Assembly (NCBI GenBank): GCA_001179505.1 | Contig: CDMY01000248.1 | Coordinates: 62,001-126,000, forward strand | Direction of reading: 5' to 3' | Length of the DNA: 64,000 nt | Origin: Vitrella brassicaformis CCMP3155 | Taxonomy: Eukaryota; Protista; Chromerida | Part shown: positions 1-14,496 of the stretch, one piece after another | Numbering within the stretch: the stretch's first letter is position 1 | Layout of the letters: the number at the start of each line of letters is the position of its first letter | The notes under the pieces: model-generated | The model's input: only the letters and a program-made list of their open reading frames with translations | Told to the model about the DNA's origin: nothing | The model's database searches: none | Made by a program: the position numbers and the translations under genes

Positions 1-26
1 CAGACGTGGGCGAGAGCGAGGGGGAA

Positions 27-1386
27 ATGGTACTCCTGTCGTACCTGGCGGCCTTCTTCTCCGCATTTGGTGCGATATTCTTCGTCTACTGCGCCTTCAA
101 TATCGCCCGGTGGATCTATGACGTCTTTCTCGCTTCATCAAGCGACGCCTATCTGGCGGCGTTCAAGGGCGACTGGGCGTTGATCACGGGTGCGGCTGGC
201 GGCATCGGGCGGTGCTTCGCCGAGCAGCTGGCTGCACGAGGGTTGCACTTGATTCTGGCTGACATCAATGAGGCGGGCTTGGAGGAGCTGAGGGGCCTTC
301 TGGCGGGCCGGTTTCCAGCCGTGAGCATCAAGACGATGAGGCTGGATCTCATGGGCGAGGCGGCGGCCATCGAGGCCAACCTCAAGATATTCATGCAGGA
401 CCACGGCATCAACAAGATCGGTACTACGTCACGCACACCAACGACACACTCACCCAATGCATTACTGACATGACGTCCTTTCCTGCGTGTCCCATCCCAT
501 GGCATGCGATGCAGGTGTGTTGCTGTGCTGTGCGGGCGGCGTGGGTCGCTATGCCGTGGTCAACGAGCGGCCGACGTCTGCGGTGTACCGTGACGTGCAG
601 TACAACGTGTCGTCGACGCTGCTGTGCTGCAGCTTCGTGATACCCTACATGAAGCACAACGGCCGCGGACTCATCATGCTCATGTCTTCCATGAGCGCAC
701 TCTCGGGCATGCCCGGCTCGCCCGAGTACAGCGGGGGCAAGGCCTTCCTCCGGCTTTGGAGCTTCTCGGTCGAGGAAGAACTCAAGATCGACAACATACT
801 CATCACCGCCTTCACGCCAGGTACGTAGGTGGGTGGAGCTGCTGTGCTGGGCTGTGCTGTGCATCCTTCTCGGACGTCCCTTTTGCTGAGCTGTGATGGC
901 ATCTGATTGCTGTGGCTGGCAGGGTTCATAACAACCCCACTGACGCAGTACGCGCGGGGGCTGCTTGTTGCCGAGCCCGAGTCCTTCGTCCGCTGGGCCT
1001 TGCACAAGTGCCACCGGGGCCCGGTGTGCAACCCGCACCCGGGACATGCCCTGCAAGAGGCCCTCGGGGTCAACATACTGGGAATCAGGTGCGCACCACT
1101 CACCCACCCCAGGAAGGCGCAAGACTCCGGTGTCTGGTGCCTCTGGATGTATGTGCCTCTTGTGTTTGTGTGTGTGTGTGTCAGGTCGATGCGCAAGGCG
1201 GCGGAGATCGCTGCGTGCAAGATGGCCAAGCGTATGATGGCGAGCAAGAAGGAGGACGGCAGCCCCAGCCTGCTGGTGGAGCGCCAGGAGGCGAAGGACC
1301 ATATCGAGAAGATGGCCAGCAAGCGAACGGCACTCTTCGACACTGCCGCCCGACCTGAGCTGTCCGTCGGACGGGTGGGTGGCTAG
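27..1386 (+). CDS. Short-chain dehydrogenase/reductase, 17beta-HSD12/KCR (very-long-chain 3-ketoacyl-CoA reductase)-like; 4 exons (27-420, 515-820, 923-1088, 1185-1386)
   Basis: N-terminal hydrophobic anchor, TGAAGGIG Rossmann motif, catalytic YSGGK (YxxxK). GT-AG introns join the exons in frame. Confidence 0.85.
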
Positions 1387-2325
1387 GGGGAATGGGGAGG
1401 TCGTCCGTGTGTCGCCTGTGCGGGTGCGTCCGTCCCTTGGTCTGTAATTCTCTCTTCGGCGTCATGGATGTCTGTCTGATATGTATTTGTGTGCCTACAC
1501 AGAATGAATGCTACCTACGGTCGTGTCGTTTTTCCTTTTCCTTTTCCGCATAACTGAGTAACTTCGTCTGCGTCACACCCCTCGTCTGTGTCTGTGCCTC
1601 GTGTCGTACGTGTGTGCATTGCGTGCTATGTTGAATAGGCTTCGTGTCGCGTGAGAGAGAGGGGGAGGGGGGGGGAGGGGGCGCGTGCTGTATCGATCCA
1701 TCGAGCGTATGCAATTCATGGCCGTCCGTCCGGTGCTGTGACCGACGAGCTAGCTGTGTTGAGTGAGTGCGCTTCACAGACAGATGCCCTCCCTCCCTAG
1801 CTATCATGATGTCTATTATATCTATGCACATATGTATGTATTTTTCCCGTGAGTCGATGTGTGGCGCCCTGCACGGGCGAAGCGGCTATCTATCGTTCGT
1901 TATTGTATGTCAGTCTTGCCGTTGAGAATGTGTGTGTTTGTGTTTGTGTATGCGCGTGTGCCGTTTTTCAAGGATGGTGGGTCATTTGTGGGAATGTATG
2001 TGTGTATGTGTGTATTGCCTGGCCATAAGCACATGCATACAAATGTGTGGGTGGTTGTGGTGCACACATGTGGGATCCTACTTGTGCATGAGTCGCAGTT
2101 TGAATGGATGGACGGCTCGAGTGCGTGCCGTGCGTGGCAACTCTGGCTGATTGATTGATGTGTGGACGACTGACTGTCCGCTCATCACTCGCGTGCATTC
2201 AATGCATTCAATGCAGTACAGTACGTGAAGACTTCACACAGGGTATCTGTTTGGGTCTCATCCATCCACCAACACCACAGAGCGTCCCCCCATGTGTCCT
2301 CCTTCGTTGGTCCCTCTCCCTCTCT

Positions 2326-2575
2326 TCACCTGTCGCCCTGATCAATAGGCGCCCCCACTGCTGATGTCGCTGTCGCCGGCTGGGTGTATCTGTGTCTCTG
2401 ACTGTGGTGGTGCTGACTCGAACATTGGAAACATCGGGGGCGGGAGGGCTGACCCGACGTCACCATCAGCTGCAGCGGAGAATGCCCCTGCAGCCGGCGA
2501 GTCACTGCCATAGATTGGACCGGCCGCCGACGACGATGCAGCAGCAGCAGCTGCGGGGGAGGGCTCAGGAATTTT
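2326..2575 (-). pseudogene. Orphan degenerate exon fragment homologous to the exon at ~27200-27450 of the helical/RING gene
   Basis: Minus-strand translation GPIYGSDSPAAGAFSAAADGDVGSALPPPMFPMF...QIHPAGDSDISSGGAY matches SPLYGNGSPAAGPFPVAVDGDVG...PAIFPMF...QTHPAGDSDISSGGAYQGDR at 27235-27450. A 4-nt insertion (TGAT) creates a stop. The donor site and intron start are also conserved. Confidence 0.8.
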
Positions 2576-2641
2576 GCATGGCGATTGTAAATTTCGTACT
2601 CGGCAGGGTAGGGCTGACAGAGTGAATGCGGGAGGCTGGAG

Positions 2642-5573
2642 ATGTTTCCCGTGCACCATCTGAGGGCCATGGTCCGCCTCCTGACCCTCCACATCGTTCT
2701 CGCCATCTCAATGTGGACCGCCACAGCCTTCGACTCTCCCCGGCGCCTGATGGTCGTCTACAGAGAAACCGCGAGCCCTCCGCCCTTCTCACGACGCCGG
2801 TTGGCCGACGGCACCCCCCTCTCGTCTTTCAGCCGCGTCCACCCAGACCACAGAAGGCGAGTGCTCTCACGCATGTCCTCCCACATGCCTCACCACAGCA
2901 ACCACTCGACATTCCTCCCGCTGCTCGGCGTTGAGATCTTTGAAGCAGCTGCTGCTGAGGATGACTTGTCGACCGGCGGTCTGTCTGAGGTGTTGGCGGC
3001 GTTGCGTGGCGAGGATGGTGTGGAGGATGTGATGGAGGACAGCCCTGTTGATTTTGAGGCGAGCGGTTGGGAGGTCGACTTTATGCCATCCGAAAAGGGA
3101 TGGGACCCCGACCTGCCCAAACAATGGGGCTTCGACAGCACATTCGCACAGCAGATTGGGTCCATCGGAGAGGGACCACCGGATGCTGCAGAGGAGCGTC
3201 ATCACCACGCTGGGAGGGGGAGGGGTGACAAAGCCGCAGATCAAGGACCCAATAAGGCGGCCGACAAAGCTGTGGATGTGGACATTGATGCGGTGGAGGC
3301 GCTTGCCGAGTGGGAGCCGAAGGAGAAGGACGTGGTGATAGCGCTGATCGACAGTGGGGTGGACGTGACGCACCCTGACCTGAAGGGGCAGCTGTGGGTG
3401 AATGGCGGTGAGGTGCCGGACAACGGGATCGACGACGACGGCAACGGCTACATCGATGACATACACGGATGGGACTTCAAGTAAGCAAAAGTGGACAGGA
3501 AGGAGACCATGCGACAAACCAGCTGGACCGATGTTGATTGGTCTATCGCAGGGATGAGGTGCAGGGCCATGCGCCACAAGACACCTTCGGCCACGGCAGC
3601 CACGTGGCCGGCATTATCGCAGGTGTGTCAGTGAGTTCATCACGCATCCTTGCACGCTACGATCTGTTCCTTCCAGGTCGGCATCGCAATGACGTGGGCG
3701 TCGCTGGCGTCTGCCCAACCTGCAAAATCCTCGCACTGCGAATCCTTGACAAAAAGTACACTTCATACAGACAGACAGGCAAACCTTTTGCTTTGCTTTG
3801 CCATTCCTCCCGCTTCCACGTGTGTCCGTCGTCTCCTCCCCCTCTGTGCAGAGGTCGCGGGTACTGGAGTGACGCCATCCGTGCGCTGGAGATGGCCATC
3901 GCGGCCGGCGTGCAGATCACCTGCCACGCATTCGGCGCCCCAGACTACAGTCCGACCTTTGAAGTGGTCGCCAGGCGGTAGGCAGACAAACAGAAAAGAC
4001 ATTCTGCATGGACTCCATGCTGACGATTCGTTCGTTCAGGGCGGGCGAGAGGGGCATGCTGATCATTGCTGCCGCGGGCAACAGCGGCAAGCACGTGGAC
4101 GAGAAGCCGCAGTACCCTGCCGCCATGCCTCTGGCCAACATGCTGAGCGTCACCTCCATCTCTCAAGACGGGTCGGTCAGCTGGTTCAGCAACACACATC
4201 CGAAGCGCGTCCACATGGCCGCACCGGGGGACAAAATATGGAGCTTGGGTAAGTGACTGCACTGTCAGTGCGACAGACAAACATGGCAATCTGTCCACTG
4301 GTTCGTTCCCCGTTTCTCAGATAAGGATGGCGGCTACCGATTCCGCACCGGCACGAGCCAGTCGACTGCCTTTGTCGCGGGGATTGCTGGTCTTTTGTTG
4401 GCCGAAGACCCCTCCCAGTCATGGGAGCAGCTCAAGGACAGGCTGCTGCGGGGCGTCAAGCCACTGGACAACTTGAAGGACATCACCAGCACGGGTGGCC
4501 TGGCCAGTGCACTGCTCGCGCTGAGGACCGAGAAACGACCTCTCGAGGAGATATGTGAGTGAGCTTCAAGGCGGGCACGAAAAGGTCGTCTCGACATGTG
4601 GTATGCATGCCTCATGTGTGTGTCAGATGGGGAGTGTCAGTTCCACGACCCCTGCGCGACGGACGCCACGTGCCATGATGCCAAGCATGAGAGCAAAGAC
4701 AATGGGAAGGACCCCAAGAAAGGCGGCGAGATGCCCAAGCTGATGGCTGCAGAGGTCCTTGAGGTGGACAGGAAGGCGCTCAACGCCTCCCAGCCAACAT
4801 GCACCTGTCCTGAGGGCCTCGATCACAACCACGCTAGTCTCAAATGCACCGGTAAGGCAACGCAACGCACTGATGGGATGTAATACGGCACTGATGCGGT
4901 CACCCACATGTCTTCCTCCCCTGTGGCGTGCACAGATCGAGATGAGTGCAGTCTGGGTGAGGAGATGCATGGCTGCAGCCAGGCCTGCGTCAACACGGAG
5001 GGCTCCTTCCACTGCGCATGCTGGCCCGGCTTTGCCCTCAATGACGACCGGCGCACGTGCTCGGCCGCCAAGGACAAGGAGGAGGCCGATGTCTCATCCC
5101 CGCCCTCTTCCCCCAAGAGGCCCGAGGGCTTCCTCGAGCAGCGGCAGCAGTCGCGGCTATCGCGCCCGTCTCTCTTTTCGTCCATCCCCTTCCTCCAGAT
5201 CCCCGAGAATCTGTTTGGCTTTGGAGGCTTCGGCAACAGGAAACCTGACATGGCCACAGGGAGGAATCTTGCGGCTGATGACCCTTGGGAGGGCCCTGGC
5301 AGTAATGCGACGGATGTCCATTATGTGGCTGAGGAGGGGATCGGTCGGTTGCTCTCGCCTGTGGTTGTGCCGACGCCTCTGTTGGAATCCCCTTTATGGG
5401 GCGATGGTGATGGTGATGAGCAGGGGGGTCTGCTGGATATGGCGTTGGATCGAGTGGCCGTGAGGGATGCGCTGCATGCGTACGTGGGAGGTGACACGGA
5501 TGGCGTGACTGACCTCTTGACCTTCTTGAACAGGACCACTCAGAGGACGACCCATGGCATGGCTGATGGATAA
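2642..5573 (+). CDS. Secreted subtilisin-like serine protease (S8) with C-terminal EGF / calcium-binding EGF domains; multi-exon
   Basis: Signal peptide; catalytic triad motifs ALIDSGVD, HGSHVAG and GTSQSTAFVAG; oxyanion-hole AAAGN; VPDNGIDDDGNGYIDDIHGWDF insert; DRDECS...CVNTEGSFHCACWPGF EGF_CA domain. Confidence 0.92.
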
Positions 5574-5849
5574 ATGATATGGTGTGCAGTGCATGCGACT
5601 GAATGAGTGGGTTTTGCGTGGAGTGGATGGATGGATGGCCTGACAGTGTGTATCTATCTATCTAACCATACCATGCCGCGTGTAAAGTACACTTGAGTAC
5701 TCTCGTCCATCCATCCCAACCGATCTGATCGGTCATACAAGACAAGCTCTTCCACAAACCAACCAGCCGTCCAGCGAATGATTATGCACACGGATGGGAT
5801 GTCGCGGGTCTGGATGTCATGTGACTGACGGAGCACCTACCGTGTGAGT

Positions 5850-5960
5850 GAGGGACTTCATGAATTTGAGAGAATCCGACACAACGGACGACCCAATCTC
5901 ATGCCGAAGAGACTGAGTCAAACGTCAAGGTCGAGTTCACCAAATCCATGAAGTGCCCTC
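5850..5960. repeat. Imperfect inverted repeat (~30-nt arms, ~50-nt loop); MITE-like or 3' hairpin
   Basis: Left arm GAGGGACTTCATGAATTTGAGAGAATCCGAC versus reverse complement of right arm GAGGGCACTTCATGGATTTGGTGAACTCGAC. Confidence 0.55.
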
Positions 5961-6555
5961 CCTCTGAATGAATCAGCTGATAGGCCCACCCAATCCAGTA
6001 TCGACGGGCCTCGCTATACAGTGAGTGACTGAGTGAGTGAACGGTGGGCAGGCACAATGCACAGCGGAGGCATCGGCCGTGGCAGGCGGAATCACATAGT
6101 AGGCAGGAAGGAAGGTCTGCGCAGAGCGGCCCCTGCGCACCCAGTCGATCACGTTAGTCAGCCATCTAAGCAGAGAGAAACACAGAGCTCCCCTCCCTCC
6201 CTCCCTCCCTCCCTCGCCGCCTCTTCCACTTAATTATAGGAGGGAAGTAAATAAGGGGGAGTGCTCTACCGTACCGATAGGCAACCATGCACCCCGCCAC
6301 GCCAGCCAGCCAGCTACGCAGCCATCAATCAGTCCACCCAGCCACCCTTTCGTCCATCCCTCCCTGAACGACTTTCATTCAGGTCGGTCTGTCTGTCTGT
6401 CTGCCTGTCTGTCGACTCGACCCGGCCCGTCCGTCTTTCTTGGCATCGATCTGATCTACCGTACTGAAGTCGCCTGCCTGCCTGCCTCGATGGCTCAATC
6501 AATCTACACTACACACCACACCACAGTCTACCGTGGCCGCATCACTACGCCAGCT

Positions 6556-9240
<2,685 letters not shown>

Positions 9241-9487
9241 TTACAATCAGTCCATCGCTTCTCTTCCCTCCCCTCCCCTTCCCCTTCATAAATATTTCCA
9301 GCAGGCGCCGCTACACCATAGTCGACGAAACTGGCCAGCAAGCGGCTCTGGTGGCAACGGGATAAGTTCTCTTGGCCGGGGCCTTCAGGGGCTGCTCATT
9401 GTGGCGTTGGCGGCACCATCTCGCTCGCCGGGCGCTGCTCAGCAAAGGCCGCCGTGCAGAAAAGATCTGGGTCAAGGTACGTGAGGC

Positions 9488-9691
9488 ATGCCTGGCTGGA
9501 TGGTTCTGAGTCATCGCGTAACGCAGACATTCAGGGGCTTTGACGTCATGCTGGCCGGCGGGCTGCCATGCATGACATTGGTGTCAGAGGCCGGCAAGAG
9601 CGGCTTCGGCAGTGTCTACAAGGTGCTGCAGGGCGGCGCAAGTGGCCAGTTCAGAGCCGTCAAGCAGATACATACCAGGGGACGTGCATGA
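9488..9691 (+). pseudogene. Protein-kinase subdomain I-II fragment with no recognisable catalytic core
   Basis: EAGKSGFGSVYKV...FRAVKQI resembles the Gly-rich loop plus the VAIK lysine. No HRD/DFG motif is seen before the next gene's 3' end at 10412. Confidence 0.4.
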
Positions 9692-10411
9692 AGCTGTTCC
9701 CTCTCCCCTGTCTATTGCGTTTGTGTGTGCAGCAAGGACTGTTGCACAGATTGCTGGGTGAATGGCAGACAGCTGTCACGTTGTACGTATGTGCCTGCCT
9801 TAATTCGACTTCTTTCTTGTTTTGTCGGGTCGTGCAGGGGAGAGAGACGTCAGCAGCCACCCCTGCAGGTGTGTATGTAACTACTTGTCGTGTGGTGTAG
9901 CCCCCACGTGTGCACAGCATCTTTACTGGTTGACACACAAGACAGATAGCTATGTACGCTGGTTGGTGAAGTGTGTCGGGCTTCCGTCCGTGTGTGTTGC
10001 CTTGTCTTGCCTGCATTGCATTCGCTTTTCTTTTGGGCTGATTGACTGATTGGATTGCAACAAACAAACAAGTGATAATGAATGACACACCCAACCAACG
10101 ACAATCAGTCAGTCAGAGAGATAACGAGTCTGCCTGCCACACGTACGTATACGCTTCGTGTGACCATCCTAAAAGCACTGACAAGGCCCTGGGGAACAAT
10201 TACCAAATGTACCTGTCTGTATCCACGCCCAGCCTTCGCGTCCTTCTTCCAACCACGGCCGGCCACTGAGGACACACATACGTACCACAGACAACACGCA
10301 GTCGGCACATCCAGCCATGCACTGGTCTGGTCGTCCAGAGAGCTCACCTGGGGCTCTTGTCGACGCGAAGAGGCCTCAGTCATTTCGCCGCAGCTGCACC
10401 CCTCATTCCAT

Positions 10412-11323
10412 TCACACCACAGCGCTCCTTTCCATTCGCTCAGACGCAACCGACGTCGCAGAGCTGACTGACGCCCTCTCAGCCTTCATCTGTGCCGTCA
10501 TCCTGCCCGTTGCGAAGTCCTCGAATGAAACCACCCTCAACCCAACAGCTTCCGCAAACTGCATATATGCAGCAAACACAGTAGAAGACGGGCAAATGGC
10601 CTCAGGCAGGCCTCTCCCCTCACCTGTGCGTCATCTCTGGGCGATCCCCAGCGATGCTCAGGGCCGCTGACATAGAAGGAAGAGGCCACATCCACCTCCT
10701 GCGCCATGTGCGACAGCATCAAATCCCACATTGCCCGCGAAGGCATCACAAACGGATCCCCAACGTCTCTCCGCGCCACGGCAATATACACGTACACCGG
10801 CACAGGAGCCACAAAGGCCAGGAAACGGTGAAAGTCATCCACCAGCTGGGGCAGGTGCTGGGTCAAGGAAGCAGTGACGTCCTGCGGATGGTCCAGCGCC
10901 GAGGTGCCCACCCAGCACTGGTTGGCAAACACCACAACCTTGAAGCCCTGGTCTGAGAGGGTCTGCAACCGGGCGGGCAGAAAGGGCCGTGCCAGCGACC
11001 ATGTGGAAGATGATTTGCCGCTGATGCGATAGTCGAGGGCGGCAAAGTTGAGGGCCGCGACCTTCGTGCACTTGTCTTGCCGGTAAGGGGGACGCCTGCA
11101 GGCAGGCAGGCAGGCAGGCAGGCAGCACACGCGCACACAAAACAGAACAGAGCATCGTTCTCCTCGCAGTGACTGGCCATCATTCGTATGCTGACCAGAA
11201 GATGCATGTGTGGTGTTGTGCCCATCCTCGAGGCATGCCGACTGTCTTGAGAGCATCCACAAACGCCGTGTGCCGCTTCAGGCGCTTCACTTCGGACACT
11301 CGGATGCCTCCAGCAGACGCCAT
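10412..11323 (-). CDS. PNKP 3'-phosphatase (PNK3P, HAD-like) domain protein with degenerate catalytic motifs; 3 exons
   Basis: Spliced product MASAGGIR...CIFW|RPPYRQDKCTKVAALNFAALDY...GFKVVVFANQ...DPFVMPSRAMWD...SFYVSGPEHR...DDAQ|FAEAVGLRVVSFEDF...* follows the PNK3P motif order. Confidence 0.7.
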
Positions 11324-11373
11324 GATTCACCAACATGAATGAGCCGAAGGCAGATCTGTTGCCTTGTGTCGCC

Positions 11374-11441
11374 CCTTCGCCGCAGCAGCCGTTTCCGGGC
11401 GCCTTCGCCGCAGCAGCGGTTTCCGGCCTCCATGCGAGCTT
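11374..11441. promoter_or_regulatory. 25-bp direct repeat ending TTTCCGG, followed by a TGCGAGCTT motif, in the PNK3P-like/METTL24-like divergent spacer
   Basis: CCTTCGCCGCAGCAGC(C/G)GTTTCCGG at 11374-11398 and 11402-11426; TGCGAGCTT at 11433-11441. Confidence 0.5.
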
Positions 11442-11539
11442 GAAGTTGGCGATCTCAAGTTTCCGGTTCACACTCTCTCTTTCTGGACTAGCCCTGGCGA
11501 CGCTTCTCAACAATACAAGTTCAAGATCCATCTTCAGCG

Positions 11540-12845
11540 ATGCTGATGAAGTCCCTATCTACAGCGAATGTGATCCTCTCCGCCAGCAGCACTGCGGCCC
11601 TCTGTGTCGTCATCGCACTGCTCCTGCGGCAGCAGCTGCAATCGCCTCTGAAGAGGAAGTGTGTCGAGGAAAGCCACGGCTTCTATCACAGTGTGGACGA
11701 TGCTGAGTGGGGGAAAAGGAAGGGAAGGCTGGCGCGACAACGGGCACTGCAGGAGACCCTCACGAATGACCGAGTGGATGCCTACATCTCGGCACTTAAC
11801 GACATCTACACAAACATCTTGCCCAAGAACCTGACCGTCGATGGCAGGACCTGGTCACAATTTCATTTTGAGCCAGATTGAGCTGCGAGTGAGTGAGAGG
11901 GGGCTGAGGGGCCGGCGAAACGGTCAATGAAGATGGGTGGCATCGTTGTGTGTGTGAATATATCTGTGCAGATTGCAAGAGCGTCTTGGCACACCTGGCG
12001 ACGGCGGCAAGTGGATCTGTGACCCTCAGCGGCTCCTCGACCTCCACAGCAGTCATCCGCCGCCCACGCGGCACCCGAGGTCACCCAACGGTCATTCCTG
12101 CCAGCCGGACAGCGGCCATGCCTCGTCTACAGGTATCCACACGCGCACACCACCCTCCCTCTCGCTCGCCGGAGAGTCATGGATTTATTGGCCTCATGTG
12201 TGTCAATCGATCAGTTTCGGCTCTGGCGACGAGTGGGGCTTCGAGGAGGGCATCATCGACACATTTGGCGACCTGTGCGACGTCCACACATTCGACCACA
12301 CCATCGGAGCCGCCCCACCACACAGACCGGCCAGCGTGCACTTCCATCAGTGGGGTCTGGGGGAGCCGGGCGAGGGCCAACATCTGACGGCGGACACTCG
12401 AGGGCCGCTGGTGGCCAGCCTGACCGCCATTCGCAAGGCCCTGCAGCACGACAACCGAGTCATCGACATGTAAGCTGAGCACGATTGTTGGTGGATGCGG
12501 TATCGTCCTTTCGTTTGCTGCAGAGTTAAGTTCGACATAGAGCAGGCCGAGGTGCCCTGCTTGACGCCCCTGCTGCAGAACGCAGTGGCAGGGCGGGGCG
12601 AGCAGTGGCCAGGCCACCCCAATCAGCTCATTCGGCAAGTGCTGCTGGAAACCCATCTCCTCCGCAACACCAGCAGCCACACGGTGGACGAGATGCGCGA
12701 GGAGCAGGAGGCCGTGGGTGCGATGCTGCAGGGGTTTCTCGACAACGGGTACGTGATCTTCAGCAAGGAGGCGAACATGTTGTTTCTGTGTTGCGGCACA
12801 TCAGTCGAGTACGGGTTTCTGAAGCTGGGTTTGCCCACTGCGTGA
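11540..12845 (+). CDS. METTL24-like (Methyltransf_22/FkbM-related) type II membrane methyltransferase; apparent 1-bp deletion at ~11879-11881, so possibly a pseudogene
   Basis: N-terminal TM segment; motifs RLGTPGDGGKWICDP, CLVYS|FGSGDEWGFEEG, CDVHTFDH, KFDIEQAE, QVLLETH and EYGFLK. Exon 1 hits TGA unless one base is restored. Confidence 0.75.
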
Positions 12846-14496
12846 CGTATGTGTACGGTCGCTGTACTTACTGGTGTGTGCGTCCTTGATAGATAGATAG
12901 CCCAATACACACATACATACACTACATACACATCTACCTCGATAGAAGCTGCACACGACCACTGCTGCTGCTGCTGCTGCTGACCTGACTGATCTATCTG
13001 GGGTCATGTGTGCAGTGCACTGCACGCACCTGCTGCTTGCTGTGTGTTGAATGCAGTTCTTTCTTTATTAAGCCCTGCGTGCGTGTCGTCCGGTGTGCGT
13101 GTGTTGTGTGGTGTCATCGAGTTTTTCTCGGTGGATGGATGGGTGCGCCCTGGGCCCCCAGTGTCATGTTGTGCAGTGTGACGATACAGTGTGACGACTA
13201 TGACTGACTGTGTGTCTGTTGGTGTGCATGAGATCAAAGCTGAGCGATTATCTTAACTGGCGTCGTGTGTAGCACGGTCCTCACACACACACACAGGTGT
13301 CCGCACACACAGGTTGGGCGGCGCACACATCAAAATCCCTCTCAGCCAGCCAGTAGCCATCGAATGACATGGCCACACACGCTCACAGATGCACACACAG
13401 CCAGGTTGGAAGAAATGTTCCGTATCCACAAAGCGAGGCCCCCACATTTCGTTCACTCCGTAGTCTGTCGGTCCGTCCGGTTAACTGCACTGCGGTCACC
13501 CATCAGCAGTGGTGATGCAACAACATGTCAACCAGTCGCCCAGCCACCCACACAGTCGAAAACACTTTCATAGTATCTGCAAAACTGCTGGCTCTTGTCA
13601 GCCCACGTGTGCATGTCGCCGGTGGTGCAGGGACCAGGTCACCTCGGCGTCCAGCCGCTGTCGAGTCACAGCAATCGGACGACGGCAAACCTGGCGGACG
13701 AACCACCAGCAACACACGCAACTGCGGACGGTAAGTAGAGTGGAGGTGTTGGTAGATGGACACACCCATCCAGCCAGCCAGCCAGTCATTCATGGGCACA
13801 TGCATCCATCGGTCGAAAAGAACCCACGTGTGGTACTTAGTACCTCATGGGTCGTGGTGTGTTGTGTTGTGTTGTGTCCGCGTAATGAATGGACGTCACT
13901 CATTCATTCACACACGGATGGCAGAAATAGATAGTAGTGACACCCACTCAGCCACGCATGCAGCGAAAAAGAACACGCCTCTTCTGTATGTGTTTGTGTG
14001 TTCGCAGCACTAGCTTCTATGACCAATCCATCCATCCATCAGTGAGTGTGTCGGTCCTCTCTCGGACAAAAACGCGAACAAGAGGGCCGCACATGGGATA
14101 TGTATTTTGGTGTGTCATCAGCCAGCAGAGAGATGTAACAAGGCAGACAGGCAGACAAGCAGGCAGGCAGTGTGGGTGGCGGTGTGTGGGCGAGAGAGGC
14201 CCATGACACCGCTTATTCAGATGCAGACAGATAGTAGGTAGACACGGAGAAGCGCACACACAGCACACAGCACACCCATTCAAACATGAAAATCGGACCA
14301 CAAGTCATCGCCGCGTGGCGGCCAGCCCATGAATGAAACACTCACCCCCCATCCACTCAGTCCCCATCCCTCACAGACCCCTTCAATCTATACTTGGGGC
14401 ACACTCTCTCTCTCCCCCTCATACTCGGCCACCCACCACACACACACTCAGGCAAATCGAGCCGCCCCCGTGCGTGTTGTGTTGGGTCTATCTATT

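Noticed and set aside
12040-12121. Apparent second frameshift in the METTL24-like gene (CLVYS motif out of frame)
   Set aside because: A 53-nt GT-AG intron at 12052-12104 restores the frame (LHSTGQRPCLVYS).
12900-14330. Many short ORFs in intergenic regions (also 1400-2300, 16520-18100, 28130-28980)
   Set aside because: Translations are dominated by microsatellite-derived C/V/H/T runs; no coding signal.
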